Below, piece after piece: positions 47,428 through 56,601 of a stretch of DNA of 64,000 bases. Origin of the DNA: Candidatus Saccharimonadales bacterium (GTDB taxonomy: Bacteria; Patescibacteriota; Saccharimonadia; Saccharimonadales; JAYRRP01); NCBI GenBank assembly GCA_041906765.1, contig JAYRIP010000004.1:270-64269 (forward strand). The letters run 5' to 3'. The notes under the pieces are model-generated. The model was not told where the DNA came from, searched no databases, and saw only the letters and a list, made by a program, of their open reading frames with translations. Position numbers and translations under genes: made by a program. Each line of letters begins with the position of its first letter. Positions within the stretch are counted from its first letter, which is position 1.

Positions 47428-48600
47428 ATGAGTAAGGTAAAAACGCATTCACATCGCAAACAACCGACACCTGAATATGGGTTGCAGGAAAAACGCCTGC
47501 GTACGCGGTTGCTTCATAAACTACGATTTGAAAAGCCACTTTTTTGGTGGAAAGAGCGCCGTCTGGGCCAAAAAATCCTTCTTGTTATACTGGCCGGGCT
47601 TATTACATGGACCGGTGGCATGTACGCTATTGCCAGATGGTATATGGTCCGTCATGAGAATGAACCACTAAACTGGGGAGTTACATTCATTGCCGATTAC
47701 GCCCGTTCATTTGGCCTAAACCCTCAAGCTACCATGCAAGCCTTGGTGGATGATATGGGCATCCGGCGCTTTCGTTTGGTGAGTTACTGGGATCATATTG
47801 AATCAGAACCGGGTACTTATAACTTCAGCGAGCTGGATTGGCAGTTTGAGAAAGCAGCGGCCAGCAATTCCAAAGTCAGCCTTGCAGTTGGGTTGCGGCA
47901 ACCTCGTTGGCCCGAATGTCACATGCCGGCTTGGGCTTTAGGCCAAACAAAAGCACAGTGGTACCCCCAATTAACCAAGTTTATGACTGCTGTAGTAGAA
48001 CGGTATAAGAATAATCCGGCGCTGCAAAGTTACCAACTTGAAAATGAATATTTCCTGCGCGTCTTCGGTGAGTGTACAGACTTTAGTCGTCAGCGGCTTA
48101 TTGAGGAATTTAACTTGGTGAAGCAACTTGACCCCCAGCATCCGGTTATGATCAGCCGCAGTAATAATGCCGTTGGTTTACCAATCGGCCAACCGCGGCC
48201 TGACTTCTATGGCGTATCTGTCTACAAACGGGTATGGGACAAAACTATTACCAAACGATATGTTGAATACCCATTTCCAGCGTGGTTTTATGGTTTCCTG
48301 GCTGGTGCCGGGGAACTGCTGACTGGCCGCGACATGATTGTACATGAAATGCAGACAGAACCATGGCCACCGACTAGCATTAAGCAGGCAAGTCTTGCCG
48401 AGCAGGATAAGTCCCTCAACGCAAAACGACTAAAAGACCGCCTGGAATACGCCCGAGCGACAGGCATGAAGACAATCGACCTCTGGGGAGCTGAGTGGTG
48501 GTATTGGCGCAAGATCCGGTTTAATGACCCTTCTATATGGGACACAGTCAAAAGCGAAGTCCAGGCTCAACAATATCCGAATCGTTATGGAGCCAACTAA
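47428..48600 (+). CDS. Membrane-anchored TIM-barrel glycoside hydrolase (clan GH-A-like)
   Basis: N-terminal TM. YQLENEYF looks like a catalytic acid/base NE motif, and VHEMQTEPW looks like a nucleophile Glu motif. The exact GH family is not determinable by eye. Confidence 0.65.
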   Translation: MSKVKTHSHRKQPTPEYGLQEKRLRTRLLHKLRFEKPLFWWKERRLGQKILLVILAGLITWTGGMYAIARWYMVRHENEPLNWGVTFIADYARSFGLNPQATMQALVDDMGIRRFRLVSYWDHIESEPGTYNFSELDWQFEKAAASNSKVSLAVGLRQPRWPECHMPAWALGQTKAQWYPQLTKFMTAVVERYKNNPALQSYQLENEYFLRVFGECTDFSRQRLIEEFNLVKQLDPQHPVMISRSNNAVGLPIGQPRPDFYGVSVYKRVWDKTITKRYVEYPFPAWFYGFLAGAGELLTGRDMIVHEMQTEPWPPTSIKQASLAEQDKSLNAKRLKDRLEYARATGMKTIDLWGAEWWYWRKIRFNDPSIWDTVKSEVQAQQYPNRYGAN

Positions 48601-48646
48601 GGTGATAATATTGCCGACCAGGTGCCAATAAGTTTAAATACTAGCC

Positions 48647-49102
48647 ATGAAGCAAACGAAAACCGGAATAATATCAAACCGACAAGCTCGACGTGATTAC
48701 AGCTTACAGGACACGTGGATTGCCGGCCTGCAATTGAGTGGTGCGGAGACTAAGTCGTTGCGGCAGGGACACGGCAGTTTACGTGGTGCCCATGTTACCG
48801 TCAAGGACGGTGAACTCTGGTTGGTGAATGCAACAATCAGCGGGTCAGCTGGAATACCTATTAGTGAATCCACCCAAACACGAAGCCGCAAATTGTTGGC
48901 TAAAAAAAGTGAGATTCAAAAAATGGTCGCCGGCAAACAGCAAGGTCTTACTATTATTCCTTTGGAGTTGTTGGTTAAATCGCGCTATATCAAGCTGAAA
49001 GTAGCCCTTGCAAAAGGGAAGAAACAAGTCGATAGAAGACACACGCTAAAACAACGGGACGCTGAGCGACGTATGGCCGCAGCGGTGAAGCAAAACAGGT
49101 AA
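48647..49102 (+). CDS. smpB: SsrA-binding protein
   Basis: ISNRQARRDYSLQDTWIAGLQLSGAETKSLR...RSRKLLAKKSEI. 151 aa. Confidence 0.93.
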   Translation: MKQTKTGIISNRQARRDYSLQDTWIAGLQLSGAETKSLRQGHGSLRGAHVTVKDGELWLVNATISGSAGIPISESTQTRSRKLLAKKSEIQKMVAGKQQGLTIIPLELLVKSRYIKLKVALAKGKKQVDRRHTLKQRDAERRMAAAVKQNR

Positions 49103-49108
49103 TTATTT

Positions 49109-49609
49109 ATGAAAAATGAACTCACGGTTTTAGTGGATGAGCATGATGATATCCTGGGGTACAAGCCACGTCACCAACTAGAAACCAGCGATCGTTTTCG
49201 CTCCACAGCTATTTGGCTCGAAAATAGCCAAGGTGAAGTGCTACTTGCAAAAAGACATATAACCAAACAGCCACATCCCGGTCTCTGGGGGCCGGCCGCA
49301 ACAGGAACCGTTTCCCATCACGAAACTTTCCTACAAAATGCTTACCGAGAACTAAGCGAGGAATTGGGAATGGAGAAAGTGCTACTCGCAGAAGTACACC
49401 GCAGTCCTGTCGACCACCCAAACGGTGCAAAACGCTACACCGTTTGGTTTAAAGGTTTCACCGACCAACCTATACATGACTTCCAACTACAGCCTAGTGA
49501 AGTATCAGAAGTCAGCTGGGTATCCAAAGTATGGCTAAGAAATGACTTAGCTCAAAATCCTCAACACTACATACCATCAGCTCAGCTGTGGCATGACCTC
49601 TTTTTGTAA
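49109..49609 (+). CDS. NUDIX hydrolase
   Basis: Nudix box GTVSHHETFLQNAYRELSEELGM. Confidence 0.85.
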   Translation: MKNELTVLVDEHDDILGYKPRHQLETSDRFRSTAIWLENSQGEVLLAKRHITKQPHPGLWGPAATGTVSHHETFLQNAYRELSEELGMEKVLLAEVHRSPVDHPNGAKRYTVWFKGFTDQPIHDFQLQPSEVSEVSWVSKVWLRNDLAQNPQHYIPSAQLWHDLFL

Positions 49610-49697
49610 GGTATTTGTTTACTAATAAGTACTGTTCCGTTTACAAAATGCTTCTTCCCCCGTTATACTAACCCGTAGTAAACGTAGCAAAAGAAAC

Positions 49698-51134
49698 ATG
49701 AGCCATACGGCCCTAAATGGTGGTAAAGATAATAAGGGTGTAAAGGTTAGTCGTAGCCGATGGCATAATGCCTTTGGGCAACACCGGCGCCTACTGTTCT
49801 TTGGAGCAGTGATCGCTTTTTTAATAATCGGCAGTGTTGCATGGTTATACCTAGCTGATATTTCACTCATTCGGGTGAGTGCAGCCGGTATCCCGATAAA
49901 CGGCACCCCCAAGGATCATCAGCTTCTCTCAGAGGCTGCCAACCACTACCAATGGACAGTACGCTGGCCCGATAACACCCTGAAAAACTTTCGCTTAGCT
50001 GATGCTGGACTCGAAGTTGATGCGAGTCAAACCATTACAAAGGCCACAGCTTTGCGTCTTCCTATTAACCCGTTTATCCGCTTTAATTGGCGAAAGCATT
50101 ACTTTTTACCAATTAGTTTACGCATTAATGAGACAAAGTTTAATCAGTTCATTCATCAGAGCCTAACAGTTACCACGAAACCACCACACAATGCCGAGAT
50201 CAAAGTGGCTAATGGGAATGTAGAAATATCTCCTGACCAAACAGGGGAGGGATATACATTAAGTGCCGACTTACTCAAATCCTCTGCTGCCCATCTTCAA
50301 TCCTCTGTCCTAAACATGAATATGCAGCCGCTCACCGCACCACTTAGCAAAGATATACTAAAGCCAGTACAAGCGAAACTTGAGACTGTACTAAGCCAAA
50401 AAATTGCCTTTACACTTGGTGATAATGTTTTGTCGCCAAAACGCACTGACATCGGCTCGTGGCTGGAACTCACGCCCGTACCTCAGGAGCAGACCGTAGA
50501 TGTCACCGTGAACAGCGGCAAAATAGCTGAGTTTATGTCAGGAGCCAGCCGTACTTACATGCAAGTTCCGCAAAGCCAAGTTATCACTCCGCCATCCATG
50601 GGCAGCCAGGTCCTTATCCCTGGCAAAAATGGCGTGGAACTCATTAACCGTGAAGAAGCAGCGGCCTCAGTTGCTACCAAATTACTCGATGCCAAAGGAC
50701 TCGACATAGCCCTACCGGTAAAATTCCGTAATTTTTCCACTGTCGTTGCTCAGCCGCAAGGCAAATGGATCATTATTGACACTACTACCAAACGTTTATA
50801 TGCCTACGAACAAACTAATCCCGTAAAGACAATGCCGGTGACCGCCGGAGCACCGCAGACGCCGACTGTGTTGGGTACATTCAAAATCTACCGAAAAGTT
50901 CGCAAGCAGGACATGCGTGGTTTTAACGCGGATGGCAGTCGGTACTTTCAGCCAAATGTAGAATGGGTAAACTATTTCTACGCCGACTACGCAATTCACG
51001 GTAACTACTGGCGGCCCGCCAGTTATTTCGGCAATATCAATAGCTCGCACGGCTGTGTGGGCATTACCAATTCAGAGGCTGCCTGGTTATATGGCTGGGC
51101 CACCGAAGGCACTACGGTGATTGTACATAACTGA
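49698..51134 (+). CDS. Membrane-anchored L,D-transpeptidase (YkuD domain)
   Basis: N-terminal TM and a C-terminal YkuD catalytic motif (HGNYW...SSHGCVGITNSEAAWLY). Confidence 0.88.
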   Translation: MSHTALNGGKDNKGVKVSRSRWHNAFGQHRRLLFFGAVIAFLIIGSVAWLYLADISLIRVSAAGIPINGTPKDHQLLSEAANHYQWTVRWPDNTLKNFRLADAGLEVDASQTITKATALRLPINPFIRFNWRKHYFLPISLRINETKFNQFIHQSLTVTTKPPHNAEIKVANGNVEISPDQTGEGYTLSADLLKSSAAHLQSSVLNMNMQPLTAPLSKDILKPVQAKLETVLSQKIAFTLGDNVLSPKRTDIGSWLELTPVPQEQTVDVTVNSGKIAEFMSGASRTYMQVPQSQVITPPSMGSQVLIPGKNGVELINREEAAASVATKLLDAKGLDIALPVKFRNFSTVVAQPQGKWIIIDTTTKRLYAYEQTNPVKTMPVTAGAPQTPTVLGTFKIYRKVRKQDMRGFNADGSRYFQPNVEWVNYFYADYAIHGNYWRPASYFGNINSSHGCVGITNSEAAWLYGWATEGTTVIVHN

Positions 51135-51161
51135 AAAGCCAGCTTGCAAAGAGCCGGCTTT
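51135..51161. terminator. Hairpin between convergent genes (possible bidirectional terminator)
   Basis: AAAGCCAGC-N9-GCCGGCTTT with one mismatch. U-tracts are short on both strands. Confidence 0.4.
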
Positions 51162-51182
51162 CAATCTTAGCTGGATTTTTGT

Positions 51183-51746
51183 TTAGCGTCTGCTACCGCC
51201 CTCGAGTTCCTTTTTAAGATCAAGAGACAAGGCGATAACCAGTGGACCAGAGATCAAAGAGTAGAGTCCTAAGACCCATACAAAAGCTACGCCACCTGAA
51301 ATAGGCTGCCGCAAAATGACAATTCCTGCCAGTACCGCTGCAAGTCCCACGATTACACTCATTGTCTTTGACGTGCTAGTGGAATCCTCCACAAAGATAC
51401 TGACAATGTCAACAACACCACGTACTATTAATGTGAAGCCAATTAATAGTACGAGCGTACCGAAGCTCACGCCTGGATGGCGTACGAGATATACCCCTAC
51501 ACCCAGTCCGAATAAGCCGAACAACATGGTAAGCCACCACGTACCACGATGCGGGATACTAGTAATACCTCTCAGAATTTCTGCTAAACCCCACACCAGC
51601 ACGAACGCGCTAAACAAATAGACGAGCGTTACCAGTGTCAAGCCAGGCCAGAAAAGGGCTGCAATACCAAAAAGTACCGCCAACACACCCTCAGCAAGCC
51701 AAATCCACCAATTTTCCTGTCCTACCTGTACTGCTGTTTGTGCCAT
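51183..51746 (-). CDS. HdeD/DUF308 family membrane protein
   Basis: 187 aa with repeated TM pairs in a W..L.G...I..G pattern. Confidence 0.75.
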   Translation of the reverse strand: MAQTAVQVGQENWWIWLAEGVLAVLFGIAALFWPGLTLVTLVYLFSAFVLVWGLAEILRGITSIPHRGTWWLTMLFGLFGLGVGVYLVRHPGVSFGTLVLLIGFTLIVRGVVDIVSIFVEDSTSTSKTMSVIVGLAAVLAGIVILRQPISGGVAFVWVLGLYSLISGPLVIALSLDLKKELEGGSRR

Positions 51747-51836
51747 GATGCACCTCCGTAGTTATTTCTGTAAATTTTAGATTTTTCAACTTTCCATAGA
51801 ATGAGTCAATATATATGGCTTACTGCGTGTCCTCCT

Positions 51837-52040
51837 TTATTGTTCGATTAAATGTACTTTTGTCTGAAATGCCACCAATAGGCAGGATAATATACAAGAA
51901 ATAAAAACACCGTACAAGTTTTGTACGGCAATATGAGACGAATGAACAACAAGTTGTTTTGGCCATTTGAAGCCAGACAAGCATGCACCACCCTGATCGC
52001 GAACCAATAACTGTGCGGGCACTGCAAGGCCTTGTGTCAT
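51837..52040 (-). CDS. Possible small membrane protein (67 aa); uncertain
   Basis: ATG preceded by AGAGGGAG at 6-nt spacing, and a hydrophobic C-terminus (YGVFISCILSCLLVAF). However, a terminator-like hairpin lies within it. Confidence 0.3.
   Translation of the reverse strand: MTQGLAVPAQLLVRDQGGACLSGFKWPKQLVVHSSHIAVQNLYGVFISCILSCLLVAFQTKVHLIEQ
51893..51928 (-). terminator. Candidate Rho-independent terminator (conflicts with ORF 51837..52040)
   Basis: The minus strand reads CCGTACAA-aac-TTGTACGG followed by TGTTTTTATTTCTT. It lies inside the 67-codon ORF listed next. Confidence 0.4.
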
Positions 52041-52196
52041 ATACGGCTCCCTCTACAACCTAATTGTACCACAAACTTGCAGGTATGTCGCTTCTATAGA
52101 CCCAGCTTTGTTTCACTTGAGTCATCACTTGACAGGCGAGGCTTCTATGGCCACCCGTGCCTTATAACGAACAACTGTATGCGTCAGTAGCTATTT

Positions 52197-53951
52197 CTAA
52201 ACTGGTAATAATTCAATAACGAACACCGAACCTTTGTTAGGAGTCGATTCGCGCAAATACAATTTTGCGCCCATCTTTTCGGCTAACAGACGCGCAAGAT
52301 ACAGGCTCAATCCAATCTGCCCTGTCTCTCGTGTAAGGATATCCTGACTTGCTTGGTTAAATTTATGGAACAGCTGCTTCTGTAACTCCTCGGGAATACC
52401 TTTACCAGTATCACGCACCAATATTTCTATGTGGTCATCATAGCGGCGTGTAGCAATCTCTACGCTTCCTTGGTCAGTATTCCGTATTGCATTATCAACA
52501 AGACTGCCTAGTATTTGCTGGAGGTGTTCATCATCCGTCAAAGCCATAAGTGATGATTGGGTATCCGGATGGAGTAGGAGCTGAACCCCCTTAGATTTAG
52601 CACTGTCCGCATATTGGTCTAGCACTATTTGGCATACCGCCGCTATATCGGTCGGCTGTTGGTGTAATTCTATTTGTCCCAGCTCCAATGAAGATACTTG
52701 TAATAGCTGATTGACAATATCGATAAGGCGATTAGTAGAATCGTAGGCGTTATTTATCATATGGCTCAGCTCAACATTTTTCAGCTCGTCTAAGAAATGG
52801 TCCTTTACCATAGAAATATTGCCCTCCACAATGGTCAGTGGTGTACGCAACTCATGACTGGCTACCAAGAAGAATTCATCGCGAGAACGGGCAATCTGGC
52901 GCCTTTCAGTAACATCCTGCAACAACACGATCGCACCAATCACTTCTTTGTCTTTATTAAAGATAATAGGTGCAACCGTTATCTGTAAAAATAATCCTCG
53001 ATACCTCGCTTCATCAATATCAACCCGTCGTTTATTGTCGATAGCGGTTTTGATCGGTTTTTCTAAGTGTAAGTCGCCGCGCAACACTTCGGCGAAGTTA
53101 ACATTTTCGCCTAAAATTCGTTTTGCTTCGGCGTTAATATTGGCAATAAAAAGTCCCCCGTCAGTAAGAATAAAACCGACAGGCAAGCTGCCGACCGATG
53201 CGTCTAACCGCGCGTGTTCTTTTATAAATGATTGCGTGCGTTCAACTACCTGTTTTTCAACATCAGATTTAGCTACTGCCAACTCTTGGTTAACTTGGTT
53301 AAGTTTTTCGTTTTTTTCTGCCAATTCACGTTTGGCTCTTTCATTGATGACTTCAGCTTGGCGGTTAATCTCCTGATAGAAGAACACCACGATCGAAATG
53401 GCCACAATTGCATAGACTGCGTGTTGGTACATAACAGCGTTGTATCGTTTATCAGCGTGTCCGCTAAAATACAAACTGCTAATGGTTAGGATTAACAAAC
53501 TAACCCACCCGATACTGACTTTCCAATCTTCTAGGAAGAATAGTAGAGGAGAAAATATAGGTAACCATAATATACCGGCGCCGTCGCCGCCAGCGGTTAT
53601 AAATAACATTACCGACAACATAAAAATAGCCAAAATAATAATGTTAATAGCTAATCGGGGCCGACGCAAAAGATGTAAACTTAGCCCAGCTATCAGGAAC
53701 AATAAACCAGCAAAAAGCTCAATGCTACCCACAAGAAGGTAGTGGCCTATATCGTTCAGTCCAAAAGGTAAACAAACGATAATACCAATTAACACTACGG
53801 TATTGATGAACTGAAGCTTTCGGAGTTGGCCGATTGTGGGTTGGACAGGCAAACCACCGCGCACATAGGCACGCCAAACCGCTAGAAGCTTATGCATAAT
53901 GGTATGGTAACAGATAGGGCATTTTGAGTGAAAACTGTCAGGGAGCAACAA
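52197..53951 (-). CDS. Membrane sensor histidine kinase (multi-TM, PAS, HisKA-HATPase)
   Basis: About 6 N-terminal TM segments, a coiled coil and a PAS-like region. H-box SHELRTPL, with DTGKGIP and GQIGLSLYLA. TTG start 1 nt after the upstream stop, with an alternative ATG at 53897. Confidence 0.88.
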   Translation of the reverse strand: MLLPDSFHSKCPICYHTIMHKLLAVWRAYVRGGLPVQPTIGQLRKLQFINTVVLIGIIVCLPFGLNDIGHYLLVGSIELFAGLLFLIAGLSLHLLRRPRLAINIIILAIFMLSVMLFITAGGDGAGILWLPIFSPLLFFLEDWKVSIGWVSLLILTISSLYFSGHADKRYNAVMYQHAVYAIVAISIVVFFYQEINRQAEVINERAKRELAEKNEKLNQVNQELAVAKSDVEKQVVERTQSFIKEHARLDASVGSLPVGFILTDGGLFIANINAEAKRILGENVNFAEVLRGDLHLEKPIKTAIDNKRRVDIDEARYRGLFLQITVAPIIFNKDKEVIGAIVLLQDVTERRQIARSRDEFFLVASHELRTPLTIVEGNISMVKDHFLDELKNVELSHMINNAYDSTNRLIDIVNQLLQVSSLELGQIELHQQPTDIAAVCQIVLDQYADSAKSKGVQLLLHPDTQSSLMALTDDEHLQQILGSLVDNAIRNTDQGSVEIATRRYDDHIEILVRDTGKGIPEELQKQLFHKFNQASQDILTRETGQIGLSLYLARLLAEKMGAKLYLRESTPNKGSVFVIELLPV

Positions 53952-53952
53952 C

Positions 53953-56028
53953 CTACTTGAGCAAGCAGACTAAGAAGCAGTATAGAGTGGCTGATTTCTC
54001 GGTTGGTGGAGTTGAAGCACTCACGCCATCCAAGCCGACAGAACTAACCTGTACTTGGTAATTCGCGCCACTGGTCAGATTATAAATTTTATACGAATTT
54101 GCACTGGCACCCAGAGTGGCAGACTCTTTTGGTGCCCCACGAGCTAAAACCTGCACTTTGTAGCCGCCCACGTTGCTACTGTCTGAAGGAGCTGCCCATG
54201 TAGTATTCATATAAACCTGAAACCGTCCCCAGTCCCAGCTTAGCGACAAGGCTAAATCAGTTGGCGAAGGAACACTGACAGTCTGGGCGTTCACCGTCAC
54301 GGTTACTGGTGCAATTACTGTTACGGCGCCTTTATCATCATAAGCCCTGGCACTGAAGTTATACGTTCCTGCAGCGACAGCTTGCCAGGTAAAGTTGTAT
54401 GGAGCACTCGTAGCTTCTCCGATTTTGATCGCGTCACTATAAAACTCAACTTTTGTAACTTGTCCGTCACTGTCACTGGCTGAGGCATTAAAGGTAATCG
54501 ATGCTGGCGCGGTATAAGTCGCGCCACCTGTCGGGCTGCTAAACGATAGCGATGGCGGTTTGTTTGGGCTGGGTTTTGTTACATTGACGGAAGTCGACGT
54601 GCTGACTTTACCTGAAGCGTCATAGGCTTTTGCATAGAGATTATGGCTGCCTGCGCTAATTCCAGAGGTAGGCCATGAATGACTATATGGCGCGGTCGTA
54701 TCAGATGCCAGCAGACTGCCATCCGCATACATTTCAACCTTGGTGACACCTATATCATCGCTCGCAGATACATCTATTGTAGTAGGATCTGTAACATCCG
54801 TACCATCCTTTGGATTAGCAACGCTTACTTGTGGCGCGGAATTATCGGTTGGTGCCGCTACGCAGTTTCTATTATGAAAATCAGAAATCTCTTTTTGCAA
54901 GTTTTCCTGGTTGGTATTATCATATCCAAAACTCTCCGTATACACTTCCAAATACGTACCATATAGGGATCCATTATCCAAATTATCATAGAGCTGTGTC
55001 CACAGAGTACTGTATCTATTCGTCTGATCAAACATTTGCATACCCCGGTAAGCTTCCCGAGTCGTTGGCGAGGAAGCACCGTTGAGGCCACTATGAACCC
55101 CATACCCATTACCCTGGATAAACAGACGGCCGCTGTAATTGGCCCAGAGTGGGTGTACGATCGGATTAACGAGATAACCAATCACTTCATTTGTAACTGT
55201 CGGACCAATATTGTAAGGACTGGTGTTGTCTTTAACAAGATTGTTCCAGCCGGAAGCCGGAAATTCGACGGAGATATCAGGATAGTTTTTGACTTTGTTG
55301 TAGACGATATCAGCCAAACGCTTGTGGCCTTCGACCCACTTATCAGGTGTAAAATTCGGTTCATCCCATAGCTCAGGGTGATAATTAATCTCGGCCCAAT
55401 CCCGACCGTACCAGGGCATATGAACTAACTTGATGTTATTTGCCGCCGCATAGTTAATTATATTATCGACTAACTTCGTGTACTCACGCTCAAATCCAGT
55501 ATTTGGCGCAAACGTCGCACTGTTTGGATTGTACGGCAGAGGCACCGGTTTACCATCATCCTTATGATACAAATACATATCTGGCTGCGAGAATAATCGA
55601 TCCGGGGATTTACTGCCGGCGATCACCCGAATACTGTAAGATTGGCCAGGATAACCGGCTATGATACTTTTGCCGGCATCTAAGACAGCCGGGTTAAGCG
55701 CACCGTTGTTATCAATTGTCTTCCAATTAGTACGCAAGCTTAGGCCTCGCATATCTTGATAATCAAGACCATGCTTAATATTATTCGTAAGATTTGCTGA
55801 TGGCGCACTATCAACCTGTTGAAGCAGCCAAGTGCCGCAGAATCGGCTGACAAGCGCATTCTTGGGTAGCCCTGTGGCGGCAAAACTCTTAATGATTAGG
55901 TAACCCGCCACGCCAAAAATGACGCTAATCAGCGCTAATTTACTCCATTTAAAACGTGACGAATCCTTAAATTTACTAAATGTACTTTTCTTGGCAGAAA
56001 GTTTCCTGGTTTGTTTTTTAGCTGGCAT
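53953..56028 (-). CDS. Membrane-anchored surface protein: glycosidase-like N-terminal region, two Ig-like domains and an FN3-like domain
   Basis: N-terminal TM. Two about 90-aa repeats (SASDDIGVTKVEMYADG...APYSHSW and SASDSDGQVTKVEFYSD...APYNFTW) are typical of chitinase/glycosidase-associated Ig domains. The C-terminal FN3-like pattern is GYKVQV...YQVQVSSV. Confidence 0.7.
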   Translation of the reverse strand: MPAKKQTRKLSAKKSTFSKFKDSSRFKWSKLALISVIFGVAGYLIIKSFAATGLPKNALVSRFCGTWLLQQVDSAPSANLTNNIKHGLDYQDMRGLSLRTNWKTIDNNGALNPAVLDAGKSIIAGYPGQSYSIRVIAGSKSPDRLFSQPDMYLYHKDDGKPVPLPYNPNSATFAPNTGFEREYTKLVDNIINYAAANNIKLVHMPWYGRDWAEINYHPELWDEPNFTPDKWVEGHKRLADIVYNKVKNYPDISVEFPASGWNNLVKDNTSPYNIGPTVTNEVIGYLVNPIVHPLWANYSGRLFIQGNGYGVHSGLNGASSPTTREAYRGMQMFDQTNRYSTLWTQLYDNLDNGSLYGTYLEVYTESFGYDNTNQENLQKEISDFHNRNCVAAPTDNSAPQVSVANPKDGTDVTDPTTIDVSASDDIGVTKVEMYADGSLLASDTTAPYSHSWPTSGISAGSHNLYAKAYDASGKVSTSTSVNVTKPSPNKPPSLSFSSPTGGATYTAPASITFNASASDSDGQVTKVEFYSDAIKIGEATSAPYNFTWQAVAAGTYNFSARAYDDKGAVTVIAPVTVTVNAQTVSVPSPTDLALSLSWDWGRFQVYMNTTWAAPSDSSNVGGYKVQVLARGAPKESATLGASANSYKIYNLTSGANYQVQVSSVGLDGVSASTPPTEKSATLYCFLVCLLK

Positions 56029-56180
56029 AGTTTTTGTATTTAATTGTATATACCTCTAGGCTATCATAAGCACGTTACTTTACAACCTCTTTTCACCGAC
56101 AATTGTTTTCTTCTAGGGAGAAGGAAGTATAGCGGACGTTCTCCTCCACCTTACAACCAATTTGAAAACCCGCTTTAAAA

Positions 56181-56213
56181 GTGGGCACATAAATTTGGCG
56201 GAGAGGGAGGGAT
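56181..56213. repeat. Direct repeat copy 1: duplicate of tRNA-Ser 3' end (18 nt) plus 15 nt of 3' flank
   Basis: GTGGGCACATAAATTTGGCGGAGAGGGAGGGAT is identical to 56369-56401. Similarity resumes (TCGA) after a 2-nt indel. Confidence 0.85.
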
Positions 56214-56368
56214 ATTCGACTCACCAGTCCAAAAGCTCCTCGCTTTTGGCTGTCGAGCCCGGCTCGCGGTCTCGCTAAAATGACTCGACATCGCTCCGCC
56301 TGTTCGAATCCCACGCAAGCCAAGCAGTTGGCTTGCTTTCCTTAGCCAAATTTAATAGCCCACCAATG

Positions 56369-56401
56369 GTGGGCACATAAATTTGGCGGAGAGGGAGGGA
56401 T
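56369..56401. repeat. Direct repeat copy 2 (overlaps the genuine tRNA-Ser 3' end)
   Basis: Same 33-mer, 188 bp from copy 1. Confidence 0.85.
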
Positions 56402-56476
56402 TCGAACCCTCGCGGGAGATTGCTCCCCCCTAACGATTTAGCAAACCGTCCCCTTCAGCCTCTTGGGTACCTCTCC
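56384..56476 (-). tRNA. tRNA-Ser (anticodon GCU), class II with long variable arm, CCA encoded
   Basis: Hand-folded. Acceptor GGAGAGG/CCTCTCC. Anticodon stem ACGGT/ATCGT with loop TTGCTAA. 21-nt variable arm. T-arm GAGGG-TTCGAAT-CCCTC. Discriminator G plus CCA. 93 nt. Confidence 0.88.
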
Positions 56477-56601
56477 TTGAATAGGCTGTGGCCAGAAGCA
56501 TTGTGCCATCAATCATATAAAATTTCTAGTCTTCATCTTTTAAGGCAGTCCACATTGAGATACTTGCTTGATAAAAATATTAACCGCGTTAAGATAAATT
56601 T

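Noticed and set aside
48600-49110. tmRNA (ssrA) expected near smpB
   Set aside because: The flanks of smpB are only about 46 and 6 nt long. No GGGG...TCCACCA-type gene is visible here or elsewhere in the window.
51837-52040. Double-glycine bacteriocin leader in MTQGLAVPAQLLVRDQGG|ACLSG...
   Set aside because: Positions -4, -7 and -12 relative to GG do not match the hydrophobic/Glu pattern of GG leaders. No peptidase-ABC transporter lies nearby.
56196-56300. Possible second tRNA (tRNA-Ser isoacceptor or tRNA-Sec) or two-piece tmRNA ending in ...CCCTCCCTCTCCGCCA
   Set aside because: There is no 5' strand (GGAGAGG) to pair with the acceptor 3' strand. The T-arm is disrupted (GAG--TCGAATATCCCTC). 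The alternative GGCGGAG/CTCCGCC closure gives a 105-nt molecule with no cloverleaf. The acceptor is Ser-like with no G3:U70 Ala identity, so it is not tmRNA. It is reported only as a duplicated tRNA 3' fragment.
56093-56323. 76-aa ORF on the minus strand
   Set aside because: It overlaps the tRNA-derived repeat and the hairpin-rich segment. Its sequence is low-complexity (Arg/Gly/Ala-rich), and it has no SD.
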